From Candidatus Omnitrophota bacterium (lineage in GTDB: Bacteria > Omnitrophota > Gorgyraeia > Gorgyraeales > Gorgyraeaceae): a DNA stretch of 64,000 bases. Location: the NCBI GenBank assembly GCA_026387235.1, contig JAPLMD010000042.1, positions 3,185 through 67,184 on the forward strand, written 5' to 3'. Position 1 is the stretch's first letter, and each line of letters opens with the position of its first letter. A program made the translations under genes and the position numbers. The notes beneath the pieces were generated by a model. The model was not told the DNA's origin and did no database searches. It saw only the letters and a program-made list of their open reading frames with translations. Shown here one piece after another: positions 27,859-37,087 of this stretch.

Positions 27859-28863
27859 TTAAAATCCTACGTTGAAGCCCGCGTCCAAGCTCACGTCCGG
27901 GCTTGACGCAGAGTTTACGTTTTCGGTAATGGCAAAATGCCAAGACACATTCTCTTTTTCTTTAAATCTGTAATTAACGCCTAATCCTAGATCGATCGCT
28001 GATTCATCCAGGGCATTTGTGCCGCTAGACGGATAAGGCGTTGTATTTCCGGTGGCCTGCACCACAATAGAGAATCTTTGCGTTAAAAGATATTCTACGC
28101 CTAACAGTCCAGAAATTATATTGCGCTTTAAATTCAAAACACTGAAAAAACTTGGTTTTTCTATTATTACAAAATTACAACCGGTGTACACTGTTATCTT
28201 TTCGGAAAATGTCTTATCTAAAAGCACGCCGAACCCGTAATCGATCTCCCCGCTTCCCAGTAAAGACCTTTTTTCGCCTGTAGGCAATTTAACAGCAGCT
28301 CTGAAAGACGCGTTGGGCCAAAAACCATTCTCATCTTCTTTTGAAATTTGGTATTTCGCCTTTAACACAATGTCGCCTAACCCATCGGAAGCATTGGTTC
28401 TTTTTATCAAAGACTGGCTATTATAAATAAATGAGTAGTTAAGATTATATGATCCCTGACGCGCCCTGGAACGCGGTGTTGTCGCGCCAACGGTATCTTC
28501 AAATCCCTCTACGAATTCGTCAAGATAGCCGCGAGATAAACTCAAATAAGGCACGTCCAGCCCAGCCTCAAGTTTTTCAGAAAGGCCGTATCTTAAATCC
28601 AGAGTCATCCTGGAAACCTCCGCATCGATATTTATGTTATATAAAGACGAAACAGGTGTAAAACAGCTTACGGTTACATTCGAAACAGTATATCCGGCGT
28701 TGACGTCAAAACTATCCTGCTCTACTACGCTTGCCCTGTCAGGTTCCATCTGTAGGTAAAACAAATAGAGCGGCATCTGGTTGCGTATCGGAATAGGGCC
28801 TGTTTTCGCAAAAGTATCTGTCGCGAAAAATAATAAAAAGAATATAATCATGGCGATCGGCAT
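27859..28863 (-). CDS. Putative outer-membrane beta-barrel protein (DUF3187-like).
   Basis: Signal peptide MPIAMIIFFLLFFATDTFA; alternating amphipathic beta-strand pattern; C-terminal aromatic residue (NVGF). The ORF is open up to 28971 but that extension lacks signal-peptide character. Confidence 0.45.
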   Translation of the reverse strand: MPIAMIIFFLLFFATDTFAKTGPIPIRNQMPLYLFYLQMEPDRASVVEQDSFDVNAGYTVSNVTVSCFTPVSSLYNINIDAEVSRMTLDLRYGLSEKLEAGLDVPYLSLSRGYLDEFVEGFEDTVGATTPRSRARQGSYNLNYSFIYNSQSLIKRTNASDGLGDIVLKAKYQISKEDENGFWPNASFRAAVKLPTGEKRSLLGSGEIDYGFGVLLDKTFSEKITVYTGCNFVIIEKPSFFSVLNLKRNIISGLLGVEYLLTQRFSIVVQATGNTTPYPSSGTNALDESAIDLGLGVNYRFKEKENVSWHFAITENVNSASSPDVSLDAGFNVGF

Positions 28864-29059
28864 CTTATATTTTCCCAATTTTTTATCTCTCCTCTCTCTT
28901 GAAAAATCGGTTTTATATGGTATAATTATTATAGCCGATAAGGGCAAACCCTGAGAAATCAGGGGGCGCAAAGCCTACGGGCCTAAGTTATTATGACAAG
29001 CCGTGACCAAAAGGTTAGTTAGGCAGTCAGTAATAATATGGCGGCCGGGTTGCCGAGCG

Positions 29060-29104
29060 ATAAAAAGCCGAAGCTGTAAGCCTTTATCGGCTTTTTTCTT
29101 TTTT
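29060..29104. terminator. Bidirectional intrinsic terminator (hairpin AAGCCGA...TCGGCTT with T-runs on both strands) downstream of the REC-GGDEF gene.
   Basis: A 7-bp GC-containing stem followed by TTTTTTCTTTTTT on the plus strand and TTTTTAT on the minus strand. Confidence 0.45.
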
Positions 29105-29171
29105 AGCCCTTTGTTTTAATACATTCGCCCGCCACAGAAACAATGGCGGGCTCAGTATTAAGCTAACGATC

Positions 29172-30617
29172 TTAGCCCTTTGTTTTAACTATCCTGTCAA
29201 ATATTTCGGTAAATTCACTCTCCAGGACAAACGAAGTCGCTATCGCGCAACCCGTAAGCATTTTTATCTTAGTCATGGCTTCTATATTCTTCGGATCAAG
29301 CATCGCCAAAAGAAGCGTGTTCTTATCTTTTCTTACAGGCAAAACACCGTAATTTTTCATTACGTCAAAAGATATCTTAGAAAGCATCTCTTTCATTTCT
29401 CCGTTCTCGCTCATATTGCGGATGTCAAAATGCGGGACATTGAATTGCGATTCCAGGGCCCTTGCAACATCGCCTGCGCTGGCCATTCCAAGATTTATAA
29501 TGCTCTGGCCTATTTTATGCCCAGTAGTCCAGTGTTTATTAAGCGCTGTTTCAAGCTGTTCAGGCGTAATTATCTGGGATTCAAGCAGTATCTGGCCAAG
29601 CGGTTTATGTTTGGTTCTTTCTTCTTTGCCTGCGCTTTTATTTTCTTCCTTGCAAGACTCATCAATAAATACACTCTTTTCATTCTGCCTGCGGTTCATG
29701 AGAAAATTGCTGCCCGGCAGCGTCTTTAAAAAACTCTTTATTTCCGTAATTATCTCCATTAGTTCCACCATATTTTTTATGGGAAAATATTTATTATTTG
29801 CTATGGCTATGGAGATGCTCATAAGAGGCATTTTCATGACATTACCGCGCCTGTCTTTGGAAACTACATAAGTCCTTTCTCTGTCCTCTTTTGAATAATG
29901 AAAATGCGTGGCCCTGTTAAAAGCGAGTATCGATTCAGACGCGATTAACCTGTCCTTGTCAGGCGTTGTGACGACCACAAAATCATCGCCTCCTATATGG
30001 CCTACAAAATCATGCGGATTGCCGTATCTTTTGACCGTAGTAGCTATGATGTAAGCGACGTGTCTTATGACGCTATCTCCTTTCATGTAGCCGTATTTAT
30101 CGTTAAATGATTTGAAATTATCTATATCGTAGTAGGCAACCGAAAAAAGCTTTTTCTCGTCCATCCTTGAATGTATGGCCTTTTCTATCTGCTTATTTCC
30201 CGGAAGCTTTGTGAGGGCATTCGCGTAAAGCTGGTGGCTAGTCCTGCGCAACGCAAGCTCCATCCTGACTTCAAGGTCTATCGGATCAGGAGGATTGGCA
30301 ATATAATCGTCCACACCCTGTTCTATCTCCAACATCTTTTTTCTTATCTGCTTCTTGTCTATAAGGACTATTATAGGGATATGCGCGGTGAGGAAATCTT
30401 CCTTTAATGCCTTAGACACCTTTAGTCCGTCCATATCAGGCAGGCCCCAGTCTATGATAATAATATCCGGCTGTTCCCGCCTTACTGCGTCCATAACAAC
30501 AGAGCCCTTACTAACGGTAACGGTATCGTAATCCCATGCCTTGAGAAGATATTGTATTATCTCCGCAATGCCGGCTTCATGTTCAGCTAATAATACTTTC
30601 TTTTTTCCGAGATTCAT
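29172..30617 (-). CDS. Response-regulator receiver + GGDEF-family (GGDDF variant) + C-terminal T2SS-E N-terminal (MshEN-like) domain protein.
   Basis: REC domain (VLLAEHE...IIIIDWGLPDMDG...K). GGDEF fold with HIGGDDFVVV. The C-terminal ~140 aa (LGQILLESQIITPEQLETALN...GEMKEML...YGVLPVRKDKNTLLLAMLDP) is the GspE_N/MshEN fold known to bind c-di-GMP. Confidence 0.8.
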   Translation of the reverse strand: MNLGKKKVLLAEHEAGIAEIIQYLLKAWDYDTVTVSKGSVVMDAVRREQPDIIIIDWGLPDMDGLKVSKALKEDFLTAHIPIIVLIDKKQIRKKMLEIEQGVDDYIANPPDPIDLEVRMELALRRTSHQLYANALTKLPGNKQIEKAIHSRMDEKKLFSVAYYDIDNFKSFNDKYGYMKGDSVIRHVAYIIATTVKRYGNPHDFVGHIGGDDFVVVTTPDKDRLIASESILAFNRATHFHYSKEDRERTYVVSKDRRGNVMKMPLMSISIAIANNKYFPIKNMVELMEIITEIKSFLKTLPGSNFLMNRRQNEKSVFIDESCKEENKSAGKEERTKHKPLGQILLESQIITPEQLETALNKHWTTGHKIGQSIINLGMASAGDVARALESQFNVPHFDIRNMSENGEMKEMLSKISFDVMKNYGVLPVRKDKNTLLLAMLDPKNIEAMTKIKMLTGCAIATSFVLESEFTEIFDRIVKTKG

Positions 30618-30663
30618 TTGGATTTATTATATCTCAGAAAAATATCCCGGTCAATTAATTTAG

Positions 30664-31398
30664 TTGCAAAAACCGGCATTTTTGAATATACTACATTTCA
30701 TGAAACTTTCTATCCTAATCCCGGCCTACAATGAAGAGAAATCCATTGGCTTGGTAATGCAGGAAATAAAATCATTAAACCTGTCTTCCTGTAATATCTC
30801 TGAAAAAGAAATCATACTTATCGATGACGGCTCTACTGATAAAACCGTGGAAAAAGCTACTGCCATCATCCCTTCCGCCAGAGTAATCAGGCATGTAAAA
30901 AATCAGGGCAAAGGCGCCGCGCTAATATCCGGCTTCGGCCAGGCAACAGGAGACATAATCATAATCCAAGACGCTGATTTAGAATACAGCCCTTTATCGT
31001 ATCCTGACCTATTAAAACCTATCTTAGAAAAAAACATAGACGTTGTATACGGTTCCAGGTTCCTAGGCCAGGCTCATCCTAAAGAAATGAGAATGTCATA
31101 TTTTCTTGCAAATCGTTTTGGAAATTATCTTACAAACATGCTGTGCAAAACATCTCTTACAGATTGCATGACATGCTTTAAGGTTTTCAAAAAACATGTG
31201 CTCCTGGGAATTACTTTTGAATCCAAAGGTTTTGGAATAGAGCCTGAGATCACCGCTAAAATAACCAAAGCAGGGTTTAAGATAAAAGAAACTGCTGTCC
31301 CATATAAAGCAAGGACATTCAAGGAAGGGAAAAAATTCAAAAGAGTTTATTCTCTGGGCGTCCTGTGGGCTATAATCAAATACTCGCTTATCGCCTGA
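30664..31398 (+). CDS. Family 2 glycosyltransferase (dolichyl/polyprenyl-phosphate glycosyltransferase-like).
   Basis: LSILIPAYNEE.SIG.V..E; IDDGSTDKT; D.D (QDADLEYSP). The start is possibly at MKLSILIP (30700). Confidence 0.8.
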   Translation: MQKPAFLNILHFMKLSILIPAYNEEKSIGLVMQEIKSLNLSSCNISEKEIILIDDGSTDKTVEKATAIIPSARVIRHVKNQGKGAALISGFGQATGDIIIIQDADLEYSPLSYPDLLKPILEKNIDVVYGSRFLGQAHPKEMRMSYFLANRFGNYLTNMLCKTSLTDCMTCFKVFKKHVLLGITFESKGFGIEPEITAKITKAGFKIKETAVPYKARTFKEGKKFKRVYSLGVLWAIIKYSLIA

Positions 31399-31399
31399 A

Positions 31400-31684
31400 T
31401 CAAAAGAACCCTTTTGCTTTAATAAATCCTACTACCTTTTTGTAATCCTCTAGATCTATAAATATCAAATCCGGCCTTTTCTCTTTGATTTTTCTTATTT
31501 CTTTGCTCCGCGAAGCAATGTATTTAAAATCAGTCCCGCATTTTGAGCAAGAAGCGGCCGTAGAATAATTTATCCCAAGCTCCCTGCAATTGGAACAGTC
31601 AGCGCTTGTCAGGCCTACTATCAAAAGATGGCCCTCAATATCTTTTATATCAACTTCTTTCCATACCCTTATCAATTCATTCAT
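31400..31684 (-). CDS. Small CxxC...CxxC zinc-ribbon protein, translationally coupled (ATGA overlap) to the upstream TPR membrane protein gene.
   Basis: Contains CSNC and CSKC pairs. 94 aa. 4-nt start/stop overlap with the ORF at 31681. Confidence 0.4.
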   Translation of the reverse strand: MNELIRVWKEVDIKDIEGHLLIVGLTSADCSNCRELGINYSTAASCSKCGTDFKYIASRSKEIRKIKEKRPDLIFIDLEDYKKVVGFIKAKGFF

Positions 31685-33333
31685 AGCACCCCCATCTCAT
31701 TTAGAATCCTATTTATGCTTTTTATAACATCCTGATCGTTTGTAAATTTTAAGGCATTACTTAAACACTCTTTTGCGTCTATGTATTGTCTGTTAGCGAG
31801 GTAAACGTTACTCAGATTTACGTAAGCCTCGAAAAACTCCGGATTCATTTCTATAGCTTTTTTATAATAACCTACGGATCTTTCTATGTCTCTAAAGTGG
31901 AACCAATATTCACCAAGCCTGTAATAAGCCTCTGGATATTCGGATTTAAGTTTTAAGGCAATGCTGTACTCCCTTAATGCTCCTTCATATCTTTGCGCCT
32001 TGAAATAATATACCCCCAGCGTATAATGTGCCCTTGCTTTGTAAGGGCTTTTTTTAACCGCATCCTCCCATAAAGAAATTTCTGTCTTCCATACCAGATT
32101 CCTGGAATATGCGGTAATAGAATAGGCTGCGATCAAAGCAATAAGGAATCCTATCCACCATCTTTTGTTAATCTTCAGATTATTCGCAATGTTAAGGCTT
32201 AATGCCGGCAAAATAAGGCTATATCCAAACAAGGGCAGGTATAAATAGTGCTCAAAAAAAATGTCCTCTAAAAATACCAGGGTAGTGATTGAAAGCGTAA
32301 GGTAAAACCAGCTGATAGCAAATGATATTAAAGGATTACGCTTAAAACTAAATACGCATATTGCGATCAAAGACAACAGGATAATCAAACTGCCTGAGGT
32401 TAAAATAAGGTCTGCAAAAAATATGCTCCACGTGAAATCATATTCGAGGCTCTGATTGATTGGAAAAGCCATAAGCAACAAGGATTTTATCAGCATCCTT
32501 ATTTTTGTGCAGTAATAAGGGATATAATATTCGGTAAACCTTATACTTATAGTCCCGCTTTGGCTTTCTAATTTAGTAATCATAATAGGCGCTAAAATAA
32601 ACAATAAGATTGGAATAAGGTATTTCAAAGAAGATTTCAATTCATTCATATCCTTGCTTAAAAAACATATCTCGTAAATTAGTATGGCTGCAGGAAGAGT
32701 CAGGGAGGTTTCTTTTGTCAGGGAACACAATGTCATTGATACAAAACAGAGTATATAAAACAACCAGCCTAGTTTTTTCCCGCCGCCATTTATCTGGATT
32801 AATCTGAATTTTGCATACAAAAATATTGAAAGAAAGTAAAACATGCCTGCCATTGATTCTCCCCTTTGCCATATGTAAGTAACAGATCCTGTCTGTATCG
32901 GATGAATTGCGAATATCATTGATGAAAAAAATGCAAGTATCAGGCTATGCTGCGCAAGATTCTGTTTTTTCAGCCTGGGGGAATTGAAGATAATCAAGCT
33001 TAAAGCGAAAACCAGCAAAGAAGATATGATATGGATGATTAAATTAACAAGATGATAGCCGAATACATTATATTTGCCGAAATAATAATTAGCAGCAAAG
33101 GTAAAATAAAGCAGAAACCTGCTCTTTGAATACTGGAATATGTTTCCGATATCCAGATTTTCTATTACCTTCTGGCCTGCTATTCGTTTTACATCATCAA
33201 ATTGAAACGGGGTATTGATACCAGGCAGATAAATAATTGATAAGGTTGCTGCTATAATTAAAATTGCAAAAGGAATAGATAAATGTTTCATATAATTAAA
33301 AAGCCCCTCTGCCATTTTATGACAGAGGGGCAA
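31681..33333 (-). CDS. Polytopic membrane protein with C-terminal TPR repeats (PMT/ArnT-like glycosyltransferase-fold candidate).
   Basis: About 11 predicted transmembrane helices, followed by TPR-like repeats (AHYTLGVYYFKAQRYEGALREYSIALKLKSEYPEAYYRLGEYWF..AIEMNPEFFEAYVNLSNVY). Confidence 0.6.
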   Translation of the reverse strand: MPLCHKMAEGLFNYMKHLSIPFAILIIAATLSIIYLPGINTPFQFDDVKRIAGQKVIENLDIGNIFQYSKSRFLLYFTFAANYYFGKYNVFGYHLVNLIIHIISSLLVFALSLIIFNSPRLKKQNLAQHSLILAFFSSMIFAIHPIQTGSVTYIWQRGESMAGMFYFLSIFLYAKFRLIQINGGGKKLGWLFYILCFVSMTLCSLTKETSLTLPAAILIYEICFLSKDMNELKSSLKYLIPILLFILAPIMITKLESQSGTISIRFTEYYIPYYCTKIRMLIKSLLLMAFPINQSLEYDFTWSIFFADLILTSGSLIILLSLIAICVFSFKRNPLISFAISWFYLTLSITTLVFLEDIFFEHYLYLPLFGYSLILPALSLNIANNLKINKRWWIGFLIALIAAYSITAYSRNLVWKTEISLWEDAVKKSPYKARAHYTLGVYYFKAQRYEGALREYSIALKLKSEYPEAYYRLGEYWFHFRDIERSVGYYKKAIEMNPEFFEAYVNLSNVYLANRQYIDAKECLSNALKFTNDQDVIKSINRILNEMGVL

Positions 33334-33354
33334 AGGTAGCTATTTTTTTTAAAC

Positions 33355-33558
33355 TTATGATAATTTAGTCACGTTAGCTGCCTGTTCTCCTTTTGGTCCC
33401 TGGACAATCTCAAACTCTACTTCTTGGCCTTCCTGTAAAGTCTTATAACCTTCCCCCTGTATGGCCGTATGATGCACAAATACATCTTTACCATCTTCAG
33501 GAGTGATAAAGCCATAGCCTTTTTGATTGCTGAACCATTTCACTTTTCCTTTCGGCAC
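33355..33558 (-). CDS. cspA: Cold-shock protein (CspA family).
   Basis: [27 protein letters not shown]. 67 aa, with a ~75-nt 5' UTR typical of csp genes. Confidence 0.92.
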   Translation of the reverse strand: MPKGKVKWFSNQKGYGFITPEDGKDVFVHHTAIQGEGYKTLQEGQEVEFEIVQGPKGEQAANVTKLS

Positions 33559-33633
33559 CTTTACTACCCTCCTTCCATAAAATTTGTTTAATTATACCTC
33601 ACTAAACCAATTTTGTCAATACCGGCCGAGAGA

Positions 33634-34350
33634 TTATTTGTCATCAGGAAGCTCTTCAACCGCCTTTTCTTCGTAATCATGGAATATGCTTCTTGTTTTT
33701 ATATTGTGATCTTTTTCAATAGTTTCCAGTCTCTGCTCCAATTCATGCTGCATTTTGAGCATAATTTTTACAACGTCTGCTATCGGATCAGGCAGATTTC
33801 CATGCTCAAAATCCAGCTCTAATTTTTCAGCAGTTTTCTTTTTGACTATTTTACCAGGCACGCCGACTACAGTCGCGCCCGGCGGAACATCTTTTACGAC
33901 AACAGATCCGGAGCCTATTTTTGCGCCGTCTCCTATTTTTATAGGTCCCAGGACGCAGGCATTGGATCCTACCACCACGTTCCTGCCAAGCGTGGGATGG
34001 CGTTTTCCTCTTTGAAGGTTCGTGCCTCCCAGCACAACTCCTTTATAAATCAGGCTATCGTCTCCAATCTCTGCAGTCTCTCCTATTACTACGCCCATGC
34101 CATGGTCTATAAACACGCGCCTTCCTATATTTGCGCCGGGATGAATCTCTACTCCTGTAACAAATCTTGCAAAATGAGAAACCATCCTCGCAATTATATA
34201 CATCTTTCTATTGTATAAAAAATGCGCTATCCTGTAAAGCCACAGAGCGTGAATGCCCGGATAGCAAAAAATAACCTCCAGGCTGCTCCTCGCCGCAGGG
34301 TCTTTCTTCATTGCAGATTTTATATCTTCCACGATTCTGCCTAAAAACAT
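33634..34350 (-). CDS. cysE: Serine O-acetyltransferase with a ~60-aa charged C-terminal extension.
   Basis: DP.A.S..E.....PG..A...YR.AH.L; hexapeptide repeats [42 protein letters not shown]. Confidence 0.85.
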   Translation of the reverse strand: MFLGRIVEDIKSAMKKDPAARSSLEVIFCYPGIHALWLYRIAHFLYNRKMYIIARMVSHFARFVTGVEIHPGANIGRRVFIDHGMGVVIGETAEIGDDSLIYKGVVLGGTNLQRGKRHPTLGRNVVVGSNACVLGPIKIGDGAKIGSGSVVVKDVPPGATVVGVPGKIVKKKTAEKLELDFEHGNLPDPIADVVKIMLKMQHELEQRLETIEKDHNIKTRSIFHDYEEKAVEELPDDK

Positions 34351-34384
34351 TTTTCACCATCCCAACCGCGTAGATTTTTTACGA

Positions 34385-35539
34385 CTATTTAGGTAGCGTA
34401 AAGTAAAACTGGCTTCCTTTTCCTAGTTCGCTTTTCACCCATATCCTGCCGTTATGTAAACTAATTATATCTTTTGCTATTGGCAAGCCCAGTCCAGTCC
34501 CTTCTTTTTTTTCAGCGGTAACACGGATAAACTTATCGAATATCTTATCCAGGTTATCAGGCGCCAAGCCCTCGCCTGCGTCTGATATCTCTACCATTAT
34601 TTCTTTCTCCAGGTTAACGGTTTTTACCATAATATTTTTAAATTCGGGCGTATATTTTATCGCATTGCTTAGAAGATTTATAAATGCCTGCGTTACCTTG
34701 TCTTTATCGGCGTTAATCTTTGGCAAATCCCTGGCTAGATCTTTCTGCAATATCTGTTTCTTATCTTTTATTATCTTATCAAAAATCTCTAAATTTTCTT
34801 CTATTATTTTATTCATCTCAATGGGTTCTTTTTTTAATTCCATTTTTCCGGATTCTATCTTTGATATGTCCAGGAGATCATTTACAAGCCTTGATAGCCT
34901 GTTGACTATATTTATAGCGCTGTCGAGCATTTCTTTTTGAGTGGGCGCAACCGGGCCAAGCCCTCCTTTATTGACAATGTCCACGTTGCCTTTTATGATC
35001 ATCAGCGGAGTCCTGAATTCATGCGCCACGTTTGCTACAAAGTCTGATTTTATTTTATCGAGCTGCTGTAATTTTCTATTTGCCGCCTCAAGCTCCACTT
35101 TCTTAGCGGCTATTTCTTTTTGCAGGCGCTCTCTTTCTTTTGCGGCGCGGAACGCAGCCATCGCGTTATGCATAATAATGGGAAGTCCTTCTTCAAATCC
35201 CTTTTCCCGTATTACGCAATCATACGCTCCTTCGCGGATTGCTTGAGGCGCGAATTCTTTATCCACGACATCCGCCAGCATGATAACAGGGCCCGATAGT
35301 TCTTTATATTGTAAATCTGCAAGTATTTCCAAACCATTTAAACCGGTAAGATTATACGAAAGAAGTATGATGTCAAATTTTTCATCTTCTACTTTCCTGA
35401 GGATATTCTCCTCTACCTGAGGCCAGGATATATCGTAAGATATGCCGGACACTTTTGAAAGCGCGCCCTTTATCTTCAATATATTAGCACTGGCAAAATC
35501 CACTATTAATACTTTAATAATCTGGCTTTCCAGATGCAT
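34385..35539 (-). CDS. Sensor histidine kinase with an N-terminal pseudo-receiver domain (phospho-acceptor Asp replaced by Ser).
   Basis: The REC-like fold VLIVDF...DIILLSYNLTGLNG carries LLS in place of LLD. HisKA H-box (VANVAHEFRTPL) and HATPase_c G-boxes (GTGLGLPIAKDI) follow. Confidence 0.8.
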   Translation of the reverse strand: MHLESQIIKVLIVDFASANILKIKGALSKVSGISYDISWPQVEENILRKVEDEKFDIILLSYNLTGLNGLEILADLQYKELSGPVIMLADVVDKEFAPQAIREGAYDCVIREKGFEEGLPIIMHNAMAAFRAAKERERLQKEIAAKKVELEAANRKLQQLDKIKSDFVANVAHEFRTPLMIIKGNVDIVNKGGLGPVAPTQKEMLDSAINIVNRLSRLVNDLLDISKIESGKMELKKEPIEMNKIIEENLEIFDKIIKDKKQILQKDLARDLPKINADKDKVTQAFINLLSNAIKYTPEFKNIMVKTVNLEKEIMVEISDAGEGLAPDNLDKIFDKFIRVTAEKKEGTGLGLPIAKDIISLHNGRIWVKSELGKGSQFYFTLPK

Positions 35540-35570
35540 AGCTACCTCTGAATAAGGAATTAATAATTCG

Positions 35571-36473
35571 TCAAACCAATGCCCTTATTTTATCTATATA
35601 CCTAAGGGTTTCTTCTTCTCCTGTTTTTACAAAATTTTTTACCAGATAAAAGTCTGTAGAGGCTGCGTCGCTCAGGACAGGATGAAGGCTTACATTAGCT
35701 CTGCAGCAGCTTATCTCTGCCAGGCTGTATTCCATTGCCTGCATGCTGGTCATTATAACGTCAAATATGTTAGGAGTAAAAATCTTTTTGAAAAATCTCG
35801 TCAAATGAACGCATATCTGCTCATCCAAAGACCCCTGCCTCATTATATTTTCCTCTTCCTTTTCAATCTCTTTTAAAGCCATGTTTCTCTCGCATATATT
35901 CCTCGGGCCGGGCAGAACATTTACTGCTATCACTTTCGCCGCCCCATTTTTAAAAAGCGTGTCCACAGGCACCGGATCCAATATGCCTCCGTCCACAAAC
36001 ATCTTTCCGTCTTCCATTACAGGCTGGAATATTCCGGGCACGGCAATACTTTTATAGACAGCGTCCAGAAGCCTGCCGCTATCTATCGTAACGGTTTCTC
36101 TATTTACCAGATCGTAAGATATTATTTTAACCGGTATCTTAAGGTCCTCAAACATCCTGTCTCCCAGGATAGCTCTTAAAAATCTTTTCAATCTCTTGCC
36201 CGCAAGTATTCCGGATACAGGGAAAGTAAAATCCAGGAGCCTCATGATGTTAAGTTTTCTTTTAAGCTTCCCGGAAATGTCTTCTATTTCCTTAGAGCTG
36301 AGGCCGATACCCCACATCGCAGCTATGAGGGCGCCCATGCTTGCGCCTGAAACAATGCCTATTGGTATCTTTTCTTTTTCCAGCACGCGCAAAACGCCTA
36401 TGTGAGCCAGGCCGAAAGCAGCTCCGGAACCCAGCGCAAGCCCTATTATATTTTTATTATCCGCATTCTCCAT
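35571..36473 (-). CDS. Patatin-like phospholipase.
   Basis: Glycine-rich oxyanion motif (LALGSGAAFG), the GxSxG nucleophile (GASMG) and DGG..D catalytic Asp block. Confidence 0.8.
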   Translation of the reverse strand: MENADNKNIIGLALGSGAAFGLAHIGVLRVLEKEKIPIGIVSGASMGALIAAMWGIGLSSKEIEDISGKLKRKLNIMRLLDFTFPVSGILAGKRLKRFLRAILGDRMFEDLKIPVKIISYDLVNRETVTIDSGRLLDAVYKSIAVPGIFQPVMEDGKMFVDGGILDPVPVDTLFKNGAAKVIAVNVLPGPRNICERNMALKEIEKEEENIMRQGSLDEQICVHLTRFFKKIFTPNIFDVIMTSMQAMEYSLAEISCCRANVSLHPVLSDAASTDFYLVKNFVKTGEEETLRYIDKIRALV

Positions 36474-36615
36474 ATTCTAAATATAAAAAAAGAAGCCGAT
36501 AAAGATTAGTCGCTTAGCGCGATCCGGCTTGGCCTTATATTAAGGCATCTCTTTGTAACTTTATCGGCTTCATTATTGAGTATATCACATTTTTTAAGCA
36601 AATTCAAGCCGTCGT

Positions 36616-36996
36616 CTAACTTACTATTTTATAGACTACGTCGTGTTCCCTAACCTTTGATTTTACCTTTAACCCTATCTCCATACCCTTTTCCGCATTT
36701 TGTATCGGCGCGTGGTCAAGCTGGATAGATTGCACCTTTTCCTTAAAATCAGACGTATGGCCTTTTATGACAATGTTATCTCCCACGGAAAGAGTGCTCT
36801 TCGTAAGTTTTACGACAGCTGCATCTACTTTTGGAAAATAATGGGTTATTATACCTGCTTCTTCGAGAGATGCGCCGCTGGGTATAGATGAAGCCTTTTT
36901 TAGTGCCTTTGCCAGGGGCTTCTTCTTGGCAACGGTTTTCTTCTTTGCCTTTTTTACAGGCTTTCTAATTACCTTCTTGGTTTTCTTTTTCTTCAT
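36616..36996 (-). CDS. Lysine-rich (histone H1-like tail) protein with a C-terminal small beta-barrel domain (translation-factor domain II-like). Hypothetical.
   Basis: The N-terminal 35 aa are ~50% Lys (MKKKKTKKVIRKPVKKAKKKTVAKKKPLAKALKK). The C-terminal ~85 aa follow the G..G..V..G..V pattern of EF-Tu domain-2-like barrels. Preceded by two tandem leader repeats. Confidence 0.4.
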   Translation of the reverse strand: MKKKKTKKVIRKPVKKAKKKTVAKKKPLAKALKKASSIPSGASLEEAGIITHYFPKVDAAVVKLTKSTLSVGDNIVIKGHTSDFKEKVQSIQLDHAPIQNAEKGMEIGLKVKSKVREHDVVYKIVS

Positions 36997-37008
36997 GCTT
37001 CACCTCCC

Positions 37009-37077
37009 AAAATTTTGTGAAACAAAATTTTGATCCCGAGTGACCCTAATTATTTTCCATCGGGTCGCGAGGGACCC
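37009..37077 (-). repeat. Structured leader repeat, copy D1.
   Basis: AAAATTTTGTGAAACAAAATTTT + GATCCCGAG..GGGTCGCGAGGGACCC, immediately 5' of the SD (GGAGG at 37003-37007) and ATG 36996. Confidence 0.7.
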
Positions 37078-37087
37078 TTGTCTTTCG

